A stretch of DNA of 64,000 nucleotides from Octopus sinensis (Eukaryota): the NCBI RefSeq assembly GCF_006345805.1, contig NC_043010.1, positions 61,876,001 to 61,940,000 of the forward strand. The letters run 5' to 3'. Position 1 is the first letter of the stretch. The number at the start of each line of letters is the position of its first letter. The notes below the pieces were generated by a model. It saw nothing but the letters and a program-made list of their open reading frames with translations. It did no database searches and was not told the origin of the DNA. Below, in pieces: positions 52,028-64,000 of the stretch. Position numbers and translations under genes: made by a program.

Positions 52028-52326
52028 AATAATGATGATGACAACGACGATGACGACTATGATGACGATGATGACGACGATGATGATGATGATGACAATG
52101 ATGATGATGATGACGATGATGACAATGATGACGACGATGATGACGATGATGACGACGATGATGACGATGATGACGTCGATGACGACGATGACGACGATGA
52201 TGATGATGACGACGATGACGATGATGACGATGATGACGACGATGACGACGATGATGATGATGATGACGATGATGACGATGATGATGATGATGATGATGAT
52301 GATGATAGTAATAATAATAATAATAA
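52028..52326. repeat. (GAT/GAC)n then (TAA)n trinucleotide tract
   Basis: Directly visible. Confidence 0.95.
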
Positions 52327-52327
52327 T

Positions 52328-53580
52328 GTAAATGTGGAAGTTACTGTCAGGAGGAATTGCAGAAGAACTGTATAAGTTTCTTGATGAAAACGATATATTA
52401 CCGACAGAACAAAAGAACTGTAGAAGGAGATGCAGAGGTACCAAAGATCAACTATTGATAGACAAAATGGTAATCCAAGATTGTAAACGAAGGAGAACAA
52501 ATCGTGGATCATGGAGTGCTTGGATCTGTTTGGAATTGCGAGGAATGTAACGTGTTTCCTGAAGAGAAGTATGGTGGGAGGGAAAACTGAACTGACATCT
52601 TACAGAAAAAAGCTTGGGCACCTTGGGTATCTGAAGAGGGATTTTCCAGGGTGGCAGCCTATCTCCATTGCTTTTTTTTCTCTGCATGATACCCCTGACC
52701 TTGGTACTCAAGAAAGTGAACCTGGAGTACCAACTAAAGGAAAGATCCCAAACAATCGGCCACCTCCTCTTCATGGATGAAATGAAACTTTATGGCAAAG
52801 ATGAGACACAAGTCAGTTCCTTGGTGAACATGGTTCACTGTTTTAGAACTGATATTAGAATGGAATTTGGACTGAGAAAGTGTGGAGTAATTTACCTAAA
52901 AAGAGGCAAAGTACAGTCCCTAGCAGGGATAGAATTACCAAATAGAAACTTGAATAAGCAAATTGAAATGGAAGGATACAAATACCTTGGTGTACTTGAG
53001 TTCAATGAGATAAACGAAGAGGACATGAAAGAGCAACTGAGGATGGAGTATTTCCGAAGACTGAGGTTGGTGTTGACTGGATGGAATAACATTCAAGCAG
53101 TTAATATGTGGGCGATAGCATCACTTCGGTATGAAGCAGGAATTATAAAATGGCAAAAGAGAGAAATGAAGAAAATGGATGCCAAGACCAGAAAAATGTT
53201 GAGAGTACGCAGGGCCTTCCATTCTAAGAGTGACACCGATAGGCTGTACTTGTCCAGAAGAAAGGATGGGAGAGGTTTGATCAGTTGCCAGGACTGTATT
53301 GAAGCAGAGGAATATAAAAAGCCTAGGTATATAAAAAACGCTGTGGAGCCACTGTTGAAACACACAAAGAAGGCCAGTGTCATCAAAGCTGAAAATTGTG
53401 GACCTGCCACATGATAAAAACTGGTGGGAACAGAAACCACCTCCAATACTTGAAAATGACCGCGTCACACTCCTCTGAAACTTCACCATTCAAACTGACA
53501 GAAAGATAGATGCAAATAGGCCAGACGTTATGTTGAAAGACTTCAGACCAAAATCATGCCTCCTCATTGATATGACAACC
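52328..53580 (+). mobile_element. R4/Dong-like LINE fragment (RT + RLE with internal deletion), in protease intron 4
   Basis: [21 protein letters not shown] and YKYLGVLE RT motifs, then TIQTDRKIDANRPDVMLKD...CLLIDM endonuclease motif. The 5' edge abuts (TAA)n. Confidence 0.8.
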
Positions 53581-53872
53581 CATTAACCACTTCTATAAGG
53601 TGCAAAGGCCTTAGATTTTGGCGAAAGGGGACTGGTCAATTACATCAACCCCAGGACTCAACTGGTATTTATTTCATCAACCCCAAAAGGGCACAAAGCA
53701 AAGCTGGAGTTTGAACTCAGAACGTAAAGACAGACAAAATGCTGCTAATGATTCTGCCAGCCTGCCACCATAGTGATGATGATAATGATGATGATGACGA
53801 CGACAATGATGATGATGATGACGGTAGTAGTGATGATGATGATGATGACAACGACGACGACGATGATGATGC

Positions 53873-53903
<31 letters not shown>

Positions 53904-54007
53904 GATTCTTTCTAACCTTGACCCAGTGCCATGAGTTTTGTCAGTTTTACATTGAGCCCAGTGTTTGACTGGTTGTTTTTTTTTCTTTCATTGACTCAGA
54001 AAGGATC

Positions 54008-54274
54008 AAAGATTAAGATGAAAGATTAAGATGAAAGATTAAGATGAAAGATTAAGATGAAAGATTAAGATGAAAGATTAAGATGAAAGATTAAGATGAA
54101 AGATTAAGATGAAAGATTAAGATGAAAGATTAAGATGAAAGATTAAGATGAAAGATTAAGATGAAGATTAAGATGAAAGATTAAGATGAAAGATTAAGAT
54201 GAAAGATTAAGATGAAAGATTAAGATGAAAGATTAAGATGAAAGATTAAGATGAAAGATTAAGATGAAAGATTA
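54008..54274. repeat. 13-bp minisatellite (AAAGATTAAGATG), about 20 units
   Basis: Near-perfect array embedded in a decayed SINE B. Confidence 0.95.
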
Positions 54275-54554
54275 GAATGTAAAGAGTTGGAAGAAAAGCT
54301 GCCAAAGTATTTCCTTTGATGTGTTTCCAGGATTTTGTCACCTCGATGCCTTAATATTGGTTTCAAATTTTGGCACAAGGCCAGCAATTTTGGCAGAGGG
54401 GTTAAGTTGATTAATATCAGCCCCAGTGTTCAATTGGTGCTTATTTTATTGACCCCAAAAGGGATGAGAAACAAAGTTGCCCTCGTCAGAATTGGAACTC
54501 AGATGGACAAAATGCTGCAAAGCAATTTGCCTGGCATTTTAACAATTCTGCCAG

Positions 54555-55055
54555 CTCACTACCTTACACTGCCTCACACTGCCTCACACTGCCTCACACT
54601 GCCTCACACTGCCTCACACTACCTTACACTGCCTCACACTGCCTCACACTGCCTCACACTGCCTCACACTGCCTCACACTGCCTTACACTGCCTCACACT
54701 GCCTTACACTGCCTCACACTGCCTCACACTGCCTCACACTGCCTCACACTACCTTACACTGCCTCACACTGCCTCACACTGCCTCACACTGCCTCACACT
54801 GCCTCACACTGCCTCACACTACCTTACACTGCCTCACACTGCCTCACACTACCTTACACTGCCTCACACTGCCTCACACTACCTTACACTGCCTCACACA
54901 GCCTCACACTGCCTCACACTGCCTCACACTGCCTCACACTACCTTACACTGCCTCACACTGCCTCACACTGCCTCACACTGCCTCACACTGCCTCACACT
55001 GCCTTACACTGCCTCACACTGCCTCACACTGCCTCACACTGCCTCACACTGCCTT
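54555..55055. repeat. 10-bp minisatellite (GCCTCACACT), about 50 units
   Basis: Array with an ACCTTACACT variant, at the head of a minus-strand SINE B. Confidence 0.95.
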
Positions 55056-55444
55056 AATAATGACAATAATTCATTCTGCCATAGGCACAAGGCCTGAAAT
55101 TTTAAGGGAAAGAACCAATCGATTTCATCAACCCCACTACATGACTGGTACTTATTTTATTAACCTCCAAAAAGACAAAAGGCAAAGTTCACCTTGGGGA
55201 AATTTGAATTCAGAATATAAAATCTCAAGAAATAGTGTTAAGGATTTTGTCAGATGCCTGAATGGTTCTGCCAGCTTGAAGCCCTAATGATGATGATGAT
55301 GATGATGATGACAACAACGACAATGATGATGATGATGATGGTAAAGACAACAACAACCACTGCCTCAGCAACAACAACCAACAACAATTAAAACAAACAG
55401 GATTAACATAGAATTAATGACATCAAAGCCATTTTTATACTTAC

Positions 55445-55579
55445 TTAATCTCCCCCAACCTGCCACATAGCAGGTATCCTTCAAGTTGTTCACATCCACT
55501 GGTTTAATCATTTCGGCAATCTGCACAGATTTCGACAGTTGCACTGGAACTTTGGTGTACAACATGGCAATGTCGTTTC
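55445..55579 (-). CDS. Serine protease exon 4 (catalytic Asp in NDIAML; CYVAGWGRL)
   Basis: Acceptor caacag|GA, donor TTA A|GTAAGT, 135 bp, phase 1-1. Lies within ORF 55365..55652. Confidence 0.92.
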
Positions 55580-57099
55580 CTGTTGATTCCAAGAAAATCA
55601 AAAAAAAGGAAAAAGATTGGAATGATGAACGGATTAAGTTGAAAATATTCAAATAAGGAGAAGCAAATGAAATTTAGTTAATCCCTGGTTGCCATATTTC
55701 CCAGCATGCAATTTGACAAATAATATGGTCTAAACATTCAAACAGAGTTTAATGCTGGAAGAACAACTTTGAGTAAATGTTTTCTAATCCTTTTGTTACC
55801 AAGCTGGCTGAAACCAGCTCTGGCTCTGTAGTACAAATGTCTTGTTTTCATAAGTTTTGAATTAAAATCTTCTACCAAACCTTAGTCACAATTCATGTTC
55901 CTAACACTAACTTAATGATAGCCAAATTATTTTACTAAATTCTTTGTTATCATCATTATCATCATTTAACGTCCGCTTTCCATGCTAGCAAGGGTTGGAT
56001 GATTTTGACTGAGGACTGGTGAACCAGATGGCTGCACCAGGCTCAAGTCTTGATCTGACAGAGTTTCTACAGCTGGATGCCCTTCCTAACGCCAACCACT
56101 CTGAGAGTGTAGTGGGTGGTTTTACGTGCCACCTGCACGGGGCCATTCAGGCGGTACTGACAATGACCTCGCTCAAATCTTTTTACATGTGCCACCGACA
56201 CAGGTGCCAGTGAAGCAACGTTGGTAATGATCAGCGACGTTGGTTATATTTAAAATTAATTGAAAGAAACACAGAGCCTCTCAAAAGAAATACTCATAGC
56301 AATAGAACCATATTTACCATATTCATCTATATTGACCCTTTTGACACCAACCAGCTTAAGACTGCCCCTGACCCAATGATACAGATTCCTTGTTTTAAAA
56401 TAATCTAAATTAAAGCCTGTCATCAAAATTTGATGTTAATTTAGGATCTAAACAGCAGCTTAATAACGATGCAATTATTTTACCAAATTTTTTAATATTT
56501 TCAAAATTAATTAAAACCGGTGTTAATTTATTTCAACAGAAATATTGTAACAAAAGGATGAATAGTTTAAGTTTTATTTGTAAAACCACAGAGGGAAAAA
56601 GATAATAATTAATTCGTTTGTTAGCCATAAGGACTCACATAAAATTACATTAAAAGACATACAACAACAAAAAAGACAAAAACAAGATGAAAGAATGGGG
56701 TTTACAATGTGAAAACAATATAACAATGATCAAAAATTAAACAAATTAAAACTCCCAATAAGGGAGGTGCATTAAGGACCTCATGAAAAAACCTACAAAA
56801 GTCACAGGTACCTGAACAACAGGGCAAGAACCATTCTCCTTTTCTTTAATAATATGCCTAAATGCTTATATAGTAATGAACCAGTTCCAGCATTTGATCC
56901 TCAGAAGAGAAGAGTTTGGTAAAACAGTCAAAGTTACTATCTTCAGTTTGGTTTCGGTGCCAATCTTTAGCAATGGTCATAAATATTGGTTATTGACTGA
57001 AAGATCCTCTGATGGATCTCTCGAATAATGTCACTTGACAAATTGCATAGCTTAGAGATCAAGGAATCTCTCCAAGATGAGTTGTTACTTTTCCACTTA

Positions 57100-57365
57100 G
57101 AGAGGTCACAGTCCCGGTACTACAGACATGTAATCAGGAAAAGACCCAAAGGCAGATTCTTCAAGAACTAGTTAACCAGCAGGGGACCCAGGGGAAGACT
57201 GAGAACAAGATGGCTAGATAATATCCAGAGTTTCATTTGATTAGACTTGGGGATCAAACCAGAAAGTCTAATGACAGTTGCTTCTGATAGGATCGTATGG
57301 GGAAGGTTCTTGACAATTCTACCACTACAGTCCACCTAGGAATAATGGATGGAGAAGATGAACAG
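57100..57365 (+). mobile_element. RTE LINE 3' fragment
   Basis: RLRTRWLDNI ... VASDRIVW, an RTE C-terminal pattern. Confidence 0.5.
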
Positions 57366-57852
57366 ACAGAATTTTTGCAAGACACCAAGATGGTAGAATC
57401 GTTACAACACCAAAGAAATGCTTTGTGCTATTTGTTACAATTCTTTACATTCAGAGTTCAAATCACACTTGAGTCTACTTTGCCTTTCATTCCTCCAGGG
57501 TTGAGAAAATAAAGAACCACTCAAGTACTGAAACTGAGTGCACCTTCAACGCTTCAAGTTGTTGCTTTTGAGTCTAAATCAGAAACCATTTACGAGGTTG
57601 AGCCCTCCCTCAGATGTCATTTGCCTGAGGTGCTGCAACAAGGAATTGAACACAGCACTGAGGGATTGAGAAACAGACTTCTTAATAACACAACCTGAGC
57701 TTTTACAGAAGGAACTGTTGGTACCATCACCACCATGTCCACCACTACCACTACTACTAACACCACCACCACCATAGCCATCATTATCTCAACCACCACC
57801 ACCACCACCACCACCATGCATACTCAGAAAGAAAGAATGTCGGTCCACGTAC

Positions 57853-57971
57853 TTCTGCCGGTTACATTCCCACCATAGTCTGGGTGGCGGATGACGGCTT
57901 TAATTGTGTATTTCCTTCCAGAGAATTTTTTGTTGTCTCCAACATAAACTTCAATGGGTGGGGGTTTAAAA
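57853..57971 (-). CDS. Serine protease exon 3 (FKPPPIEVYVGDNKKFSGRKYTIKAVIRHPDYGGNVTGR)
   Basis: Acceptor tttctccccag|T (phase 2), donor AGA A|GTACGT (phase 1), 119 bp. Contains the V-x-V-G and I-x-H-P-D-Y motifs of S1A proteases. Phases match both neighbours. Confidence 0.88.
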
Positions 57972-57999
57972 CTGGGGAGAAACAAAGGCAGAGATTATG

Positions 58000-58520
58000 T
58001 TGGATTTGTAACGTATACGGAACATGGATGAGAGAGCTGGAGGCCAGGAGGTGTTTGTATTGAATTAGTAAGATAGATGGAGGGTGGAGGATAGAACTGG
58101 AGGCCAGAAGGTGTTTGTATTGAATTTGTAACATAGATGGAGGGTGGATGAGAGAGCTGGAGGCCAGAAGGTGTTTGTATTGAATTAGTAACATAGATGG
58201 AGGGTGGATGAGAGAGCTGGAGGCAAGGAGGTGTTTGTATTGAATTAGTAACATAGATGGAGGGTGGAGGATAGAACTGGAGGCAAGGAGGTGTTTGTAT
58301 TGAATTAGTAGCCTGAATGGAGGATGGATGAGAGAGCTGGAGGCAAGGAGGTGTTTGTATTGAATTAGTAACATAGATGGAGGGTGGAGGATAGAACTGG
58401 AGGCAAGGAGGTGTTTGTATTGAATTAGTAGCCTGAATGGAGGATGGATGAGAGAGCTGGAGGCCAGAAGGTGTTTGTGTTGAACTGGTATGGATGGTGG
58501 ATGAGAGGGCTGGAGGACAG
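58000..58520. repeat. 60-bp minisatellite, about 8.5 units, in protease intron 2
   Basis: Consecutive 60-nt lines of the listing align directly. Confidence 0.95.
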
Positions 58521-59219
58521 AGTGTCTTTGTGCAACCCATAGCAGTGATATAAGAGTCAGGTTGTGAGGTCAAGGAATATATTGTACACAAATGATAAAT
58601 GATACACCATGCTTTACATATATACTTTGATATTCATTGCCAAACACAATTTTAGGGGTAGGCATGGCTGTGGGGTAAGAAGCTTGCCTCTCAACCACAT
58701 GGTTCTGGGTTCAGCCTCAGTGTGTGGCATCTTCAGTAAGTGTCTTCTACAATAGCCTTGGGCTGGCCAAAGCCTTGTGAGTGAATTTGGTAGACGGAAA
58801 CTGAAAGAAGCCCACCGTATATGTGTGTGTGTGTGTGTGTGTAAATTTCAATGTAACTCATTATCTTCATTCAAACAGACCTCAACATTTATTTTCTTCG
58901 CCCCTGCTGCCAATATGCACACACACACACACAGGCGTGCGCACACACACACAAACAGGCACGCGCACACACACACACACACAGGTGCGCGCACACACAC
59001 ACACAAACACGTGCACTTACAAACACACACACACACAAACACACGCACACACACACGCACACAAACACATGTGCACACACACAGACACACACACACACAC
59101 ACACACAAACACGTGCACACACGAACACACGCACACACACACACACAGACACAAACACATGTGCACACACACACACACACATCACTGCTGCTGCCAACCT
59201 GGATAAACCGTTTACTCAC

Positions 59220-59370
59220 GTGCAGTGGGATGCTGTGAGGATGAAGTGTGATGATATCAGATTGCCGCTGCACGTTCCAACCGATATGCGGACAAAGACG
59301 GCCGAAGGATGTTTGAAGATGGACGTCACCTTACCATTGGCAACGGCATAACTGCCCAAAGACTCTTGAT
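59220..59370 (-). CDS. Serine protease exon 2 (activation site SYA|VANG, Cys42, catalytic His in TASHC)
   Basis: Acceptor cctttacag|AT, donor TGC AC|GTGAGT. Translates DQESLGSYAVANGKVTSIFKHPSAVFVRISVGTCSGNLISSHFILTASHC. A phase-2 intron just after the His motif is typical of trypsin-family genes. Confidence 0.92.
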
Positions 59371-60019
59371 CTGTAAAGGATGAGAGAAAGAAAGAAAGAA
59401 GTAAATGTGTGTTGGTAGAATATGGTGGTGGTGGTCGTGGAGGGAGATGGTTAATATTTGTCTGTTTTGTTGTCATCAATTATTCTCTCACTGCCACTTC
59501 TGTCATCATAATTGTCATTGTTATCATTGTCCACGACCATGACCACCACCATGAAGACGACGACCACGACGACGACCTTGACCACCACGACCACCACCAT
59601 CACCACCACCACCACCACCACCACCACCACCGCCACCATCACCACCACCACCACCATCTTCATAAATTCCTCATCGTCTAATATTGTTAATGACGAAGCC
59701 ACTGAACGGTGACCATCCTGGGAAACAGTCCCATGTATGTCTTGTGTCTTGGGAGGGTCATAACACCAACAGTAATAATAATAACACATGCACTGGTTCA
59801 ACAGCACTTGTTTATTGATTGTTAATTGGTGAAATATTTAACGAATTTGACCAATTTCTTACTCGAGCCATTTCCTCCCTATGGACCATTGGCCATCCAC
59901 AACTTTTCTCCATTATCATTGAATGCAGGCTGTCTTTTTCTGCATCTCTCCACTTGGATCCCTGCATTTTCAGGTTTCCCTGAGTATCCTGCCTCCAGCT
60001 ATTTTTAGGGTCCCCTCTC

Positions 60020-60230
60020 TCATCATCATCATCATTGTTCAACTGTGGTCGAGACAATGGAATTTACCATGCTACGCCAGACTTCATGGTCCATCATGGC
60101 ATTACGGAGGTCCTGTTGCTTGATGCCTGTAGCTGATCCCCCTCTCTTGTGGGTTCTGGGCCAGGGCCTGAATACGTTTCTCTGGACAAAAGCCTTTCTC
60201 TCTCAGCTTTTATTCGTTTTGAAGGGTCAC
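60020..60230 (-). mobile_element. RTE LINE 3' end with (TGA)n tail
   Basis: GIKQQDLRNAMMDHEVWRSMVNSIVSTTVEQ* followed by tgatgatga. Confidence 0.6.
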
Positions 60231-60369
60231 TGATGCTTCTGTAATTTTACTTGTTTCTAGGCAGGAGGTGTTGACCCTCCGCAGCCCCGTTTTTATTTCT
60301 GGGCAGAGGTGGCTCACAATAATCTGACCTGTATTGTTTGTCCTTTAGTGGGCAGATACCATCTGTTAC

Positions 60370-60451
60370 CTGTCAGCTGGAGATATTTCTCTCTCTGTGA
60401 CAATACACAGGCAAAACAGACATAAATAACTATAGAGAAACTGTAAGTCAT
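60370..60451 (-). CDS. Secreted S1A serine protease, coding exon 1 (signal peptide + start of propeptide: MTYSFSIVIYVCFACVLSQREKYLQLT)
   Basis: ATG at 60451-60449, then a hydrophobic stretch ending VLS. Phase-1 donor ACAG|GTAACA joins the phase-1 acceptor of exon 2 to make GAT (Asp). Not in the ORF track; found by reading the reverse strand. Confidence 0.75.
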
Positions 60452-60559
60452 TGACTGTATTAAACAATATGGCAGCCAAGTATTAATATGGTGACCATCA
60501 CCACTGACTGGAAAAACAATTCATAAGTGGAGAAAAACAGGAGATATTGAAGGAAACAG

Positions 60560-61520
60560 AAACGAAGGAAACATGGATTTTATTGTACCTGTGCATCTTC
60601 CACACACAAAAGCTATTTTCCATGTTAACCTTTTTCTGATATTACTGTACCCCTTTTGTGTCCATAGCTTATACCAAGTACATCTTATGGAGTTTTTACC
60701 TATGCCTTTTCTACAGGTCGAGCAATACCATCTACCTGAAGGGATTTGTGATTTGTCTGCCTTCCTGCTTACTAAGACTTTGGTTTTTGTAAACGGTAGC
60801 ACACCGGGCAAAATGCTCAGCAGTATTTCATCTGCCGATACATTCTGAGTTCAAATTCCACCAGGGTCAACTTTGCCTTTCATCTTTTCGGGGTCGATAA
60901 ATTAAGTACCAGTTACACACTGGTGTCGATGTAATCGACTTGATCCGTTTGTTTGTCCTTGTTTGTCCCCTCTGTGTTTAGCCCCTTGTGGGTAGTAAAG
61001 AAATAGGTTTTTGATAGGTTAACTCTAAGGTCCTTCGATTCTGGACCTTGCATTCACACCTGAAATTTCTTCTCTAGTTCTGGTAGTGATTCAGCTATAA
61101 GAACAAGGTCATCAGCATAGAGGAGCTCCCAGGGACAGCAGCCTCTCTTACCTTCCTCTGTTATTACCTGGAGGACTATGATGAACAAGAGGGGACTTAG
61201 GATTGATCCTTGGTGGACCCCTACTTGTACCCTGAATTCTTCACTCTACTCATTGCCAACCCTCAACTTGTTCAGCTCTCCCTAACCACTCATCTATCCC
61301 TAGTTTCCGCATTGTTCACCGGATATGGAATCAGGGGAACAAAAGCCAGGTACAGAGGTTTATCTTTGGTTCTGCATTTCTCCTGCAGCTTCCTTGCCAG
61401 AAATACAGCATCAGTGGTGCTTCTTTCAGGCACAAATCCAAACTGCATCTCATTTAGATTAACTCTCTCCCTAATTAGTTGGGCTGTGATCCTCTCTGTA
61501 ACTTTCATCACCCAATGATA
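60560..61520 (-). mobile_element. RTE-clade RT fragment split by a SINE
   Basis: MQFGFVPERSTTDAVF, QGSILSPLLF and LLYADDLVL motifs plus a Cys-rich C-terminus. SINE at about 60790-61007 with GGTTTTTG on both sides. Confidence 0.8.
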
Positions 61521-62379
61521 ATATATATATGCAATGTATGTGCTTTGCTTTGTCTGCCAGTCGGCTGTAATTTCACACGGTGGAGATGACTGACCCAAAG
61601 CACTCGGGGTTAAAATACCTGGACGTCATAGTCAAAGCAGTGTCTTCTACATACCTAAGCCTTGTGAGTAGATTTGGTAGATGGAAACTGAAAGAAGCCC
61701 ATCATGTGTGTGTGTGTGTGTGTGTCTGTGTTTGTTTCCCACACGACTTTTGACAACTGGTGCTGGTGTGTTTGTGTCCCCATAGCTTAGCAGTTCAGCA
61801 AAAGAAACCAATAAAATAAGGACCAGGCTTAAGAAAAAAACATGCTGGAGTCAATTCATTTGACTAAAAATTATTCAAAGGTATTACTCCAGTATGACCA
61901 CAGTCTAATGACCGAAACAAGTGAATGATAAAAGATAAAACACACACACACAGAGACACACACAGACACACACAGACACGAAAACAGACAGACACACACA
62001 CACACACACACAGACACACACACAGACACACAGCGACACACACACACAGACACACGCACAGAGACACACAGAGACACACAGACACACACACACGTGCACA
62101 CACACGGAAACGGACACACACACACACACAGACACACATGGACATGGACACACACACACAGAAACACAGGGACACGGACACATACACACACACACACACA
62201 CACGCACACACATTAGGTCCAGGCATGGGTGTGTAGTTAAAAAAGTTTGCCTGCCAGCCATGTAGATTTGGGATCAGCCGCACTACATGGCGCCTTGGTC
62301 AAGGGTTCTTTACGATAGCCCAAGGTTAACCAAGGCTTTGTGAATAGCTTTGGATAGATGGAAACTGAGAAAAGGTCTG

Positions 62380-62415
<36 letters not shown>

Positions 62416-62702
62416 TGATAGTTGTAAATGAGTTTCACTGTCACACAATTAAAGTTATTTGTTTCCAATATTCTAAGAAAAACGTGTTGTTATGAGAAAA
62501 CTATTACCTTGCTTGGAAGAACAGGTGAAGGTTGGTAAGGGTTAGCAACAGGAAGGGTGTCTGTCCGTAGCAAATCCACCCGGAAGAAACCCTGCCTGTT
62601 CCATGCAAACATGGAAAAGTGGACATTAAAATGATGATGATTATGATGGCAGAGGTGGTGGTGGTGGTGATGGTATTGGTGATGGTATGATGGTAGCATG
62701 AC

Positions 62703-62736
<34 letters not shown>

Positions 62737-63227
62737 ATGGTGGCATTCTGTAGTTCATTTTAGTGGTGGCAGTGGCGGTGGTGGTTGTGGTGGTGGTGGT
62801 TGTGGTGGTGGTTGTGGTGGTGGTTGTGGTGGTGGTGGTGGTGGTGGTGGTGGTGATTGGTTTCGATGATGGTAGTGATGATGGTTGTGTAATGTGGGTG
62901 GTGTTTTGTAGCTGATGGTAACGATGATGATGATGATGATGATGATGCTGATGTTATTGATGTAGTGGCTGTGATGCTGGTAATCACACATTTATATAGA
63001 GAGATCAACAGATACACATAAGAAAGAACTCACCGTGATATCCTTGACCAGTGGCCATTATATGAACGAAGAGTGAAAGCCATGTAAAGAAGGCAACCAC
63101 GGGTCTGTAGGGTCCCCTCCTTCCGGCTGTTTCCAATGTGGATAACCAGCGCTGACCAATAACCATCTTCCTTCAACAAACTCCGGTGAACAAATAGAAG
63201 ATCCGTTTGCAATATTTAAGCTCCCAG

Positions 63228-63263
<36 letters not shown>

Positions 63264-63515
63264 TACACACACACACACAAAGATGCATGCTTAGAGAAAG
63301 AGAAGAGAGGTGAAGGGAGAGGAGAGTGAGCCATATACGCATGTACAAATGTATAAATATCTTGATATAGATATCTACACAGATTATACACACGTATACA
63401 TACATACAGATATACAGATAGACACACACATATGTATATATATATACATATATATATTATATATATATATATATATATACATGCATGCATGCATATGTAT
63501 ATATATATATAATAT

Positions 63516-63557
<42 letters not shown>

Positions 63558-63853
63558 CGTACTGAGGAGGAGAGACGGAGAGCAGGGGTCACATATGTGT
63601 GTACATACACAGATACAGGCATTTGTAAATATAATTATTGTTAATTACTTAATAAACATTGGAGACACCTGTTACGTGGATTACATTACATCATTGTTCA
63701 GGTGACAAACGATCCTCTGTGTGTGTGTGGGGGGTTAAGTAGCCACCCCCAAACATCACTTTTACTTAAGCACAGTCATCATAAAGTATTGGGTATGCGT
63801 ATGTGTGTTTGTGTGTGTGTGTGCATATGGATATATATTATATATATATATAT

Positions 63854-64000
63854 AGGCGCAGGAGTGGCTGTGTGGTAAGTAGCTTGCTTACCAGCCACAT
63901 GGTTCCGGGTTCAGTCCCACTGCGTGGCATCGTGGGCAAGTGTCTTCTGCTCTAGCCTCGGGCCGACCAATGCCATGTGAGTGGATTTGGTAGACAGAAA
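63854..64000 (+). mobile_element. SINE family A head, runs off window
   Basis: GGCGCAGGAGTGGCTGTGTGGTAAGTAGC start. Confidence 0.8.

Noticed and set aside
51968-52375. Poly-Asp ORF resembling an acidic biomineral protein
   Set aside because: It is a (GAT/GAC)n tract in an intron, and its N-terminus derives from a SINE.
54008-55055. Regular arrays as possible CRISPR-like repeats
   Set aside because: There are no unique spacers, and this is eukaryotic intronic DNA.
56950-57115. Minus-strand open stretch after a TAG acceptor as a candidate protease exon 3
   Set aside because: The required phase hits a stop and there are no protease motifs; the true exon is 57853-57971.
57995-58591. 198-aa ORF with 20-aa repeats
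   Set aside because: It is the intronic minisatellite, and it stops before exon 3.
63030-63060. Possible upstream non-coding exon donor (G|GTGAGT, minus) for the protease
   Set aside because: A single splice-like motif is insufficient without transcript data.

Overview
Eukaryotic nuclear DNA, AT-rich and saturated with microsatellites and transposon remnants. The SINE families look like those I recognise from Octopus, so a cephalopod origin is inferred, not proven. Almost every ORF in the supplied track is a microsatellite artefact. One complete host gene can be rebuilt by hand on the minus strand: a six-exon secreted trypsin-fold (S1A) serine protease, 60451->49391, 282 aa. It has GT-AG introns with matching phases and an intact H-D-S triad, but it lacks the C191-C220 disulfide and has a non-basic activation site. 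The rest is mobile DNA: four tRNA-type or RTE-tailed SINE families, RTE, CR1-group and R4/Dong-like LINE fragments, Tc1, mariner, Tigger and hAT relics, MITEs and non-autonomous Helitrons. The most striking hidden signal is about a dozen hammerhead-ribozyme folds in five sequence families. They lie in short Penelope-like (pLTR) elements next to (TA)n/(CA)n tracts, often as inverted head-to-head pairs, including a 2.4-kb inverted repeat. Repeats inside the protease gene have lost CpGs relative to sister copies outside it. All coordinates were counted by eye; repeat boundaries are approximate.
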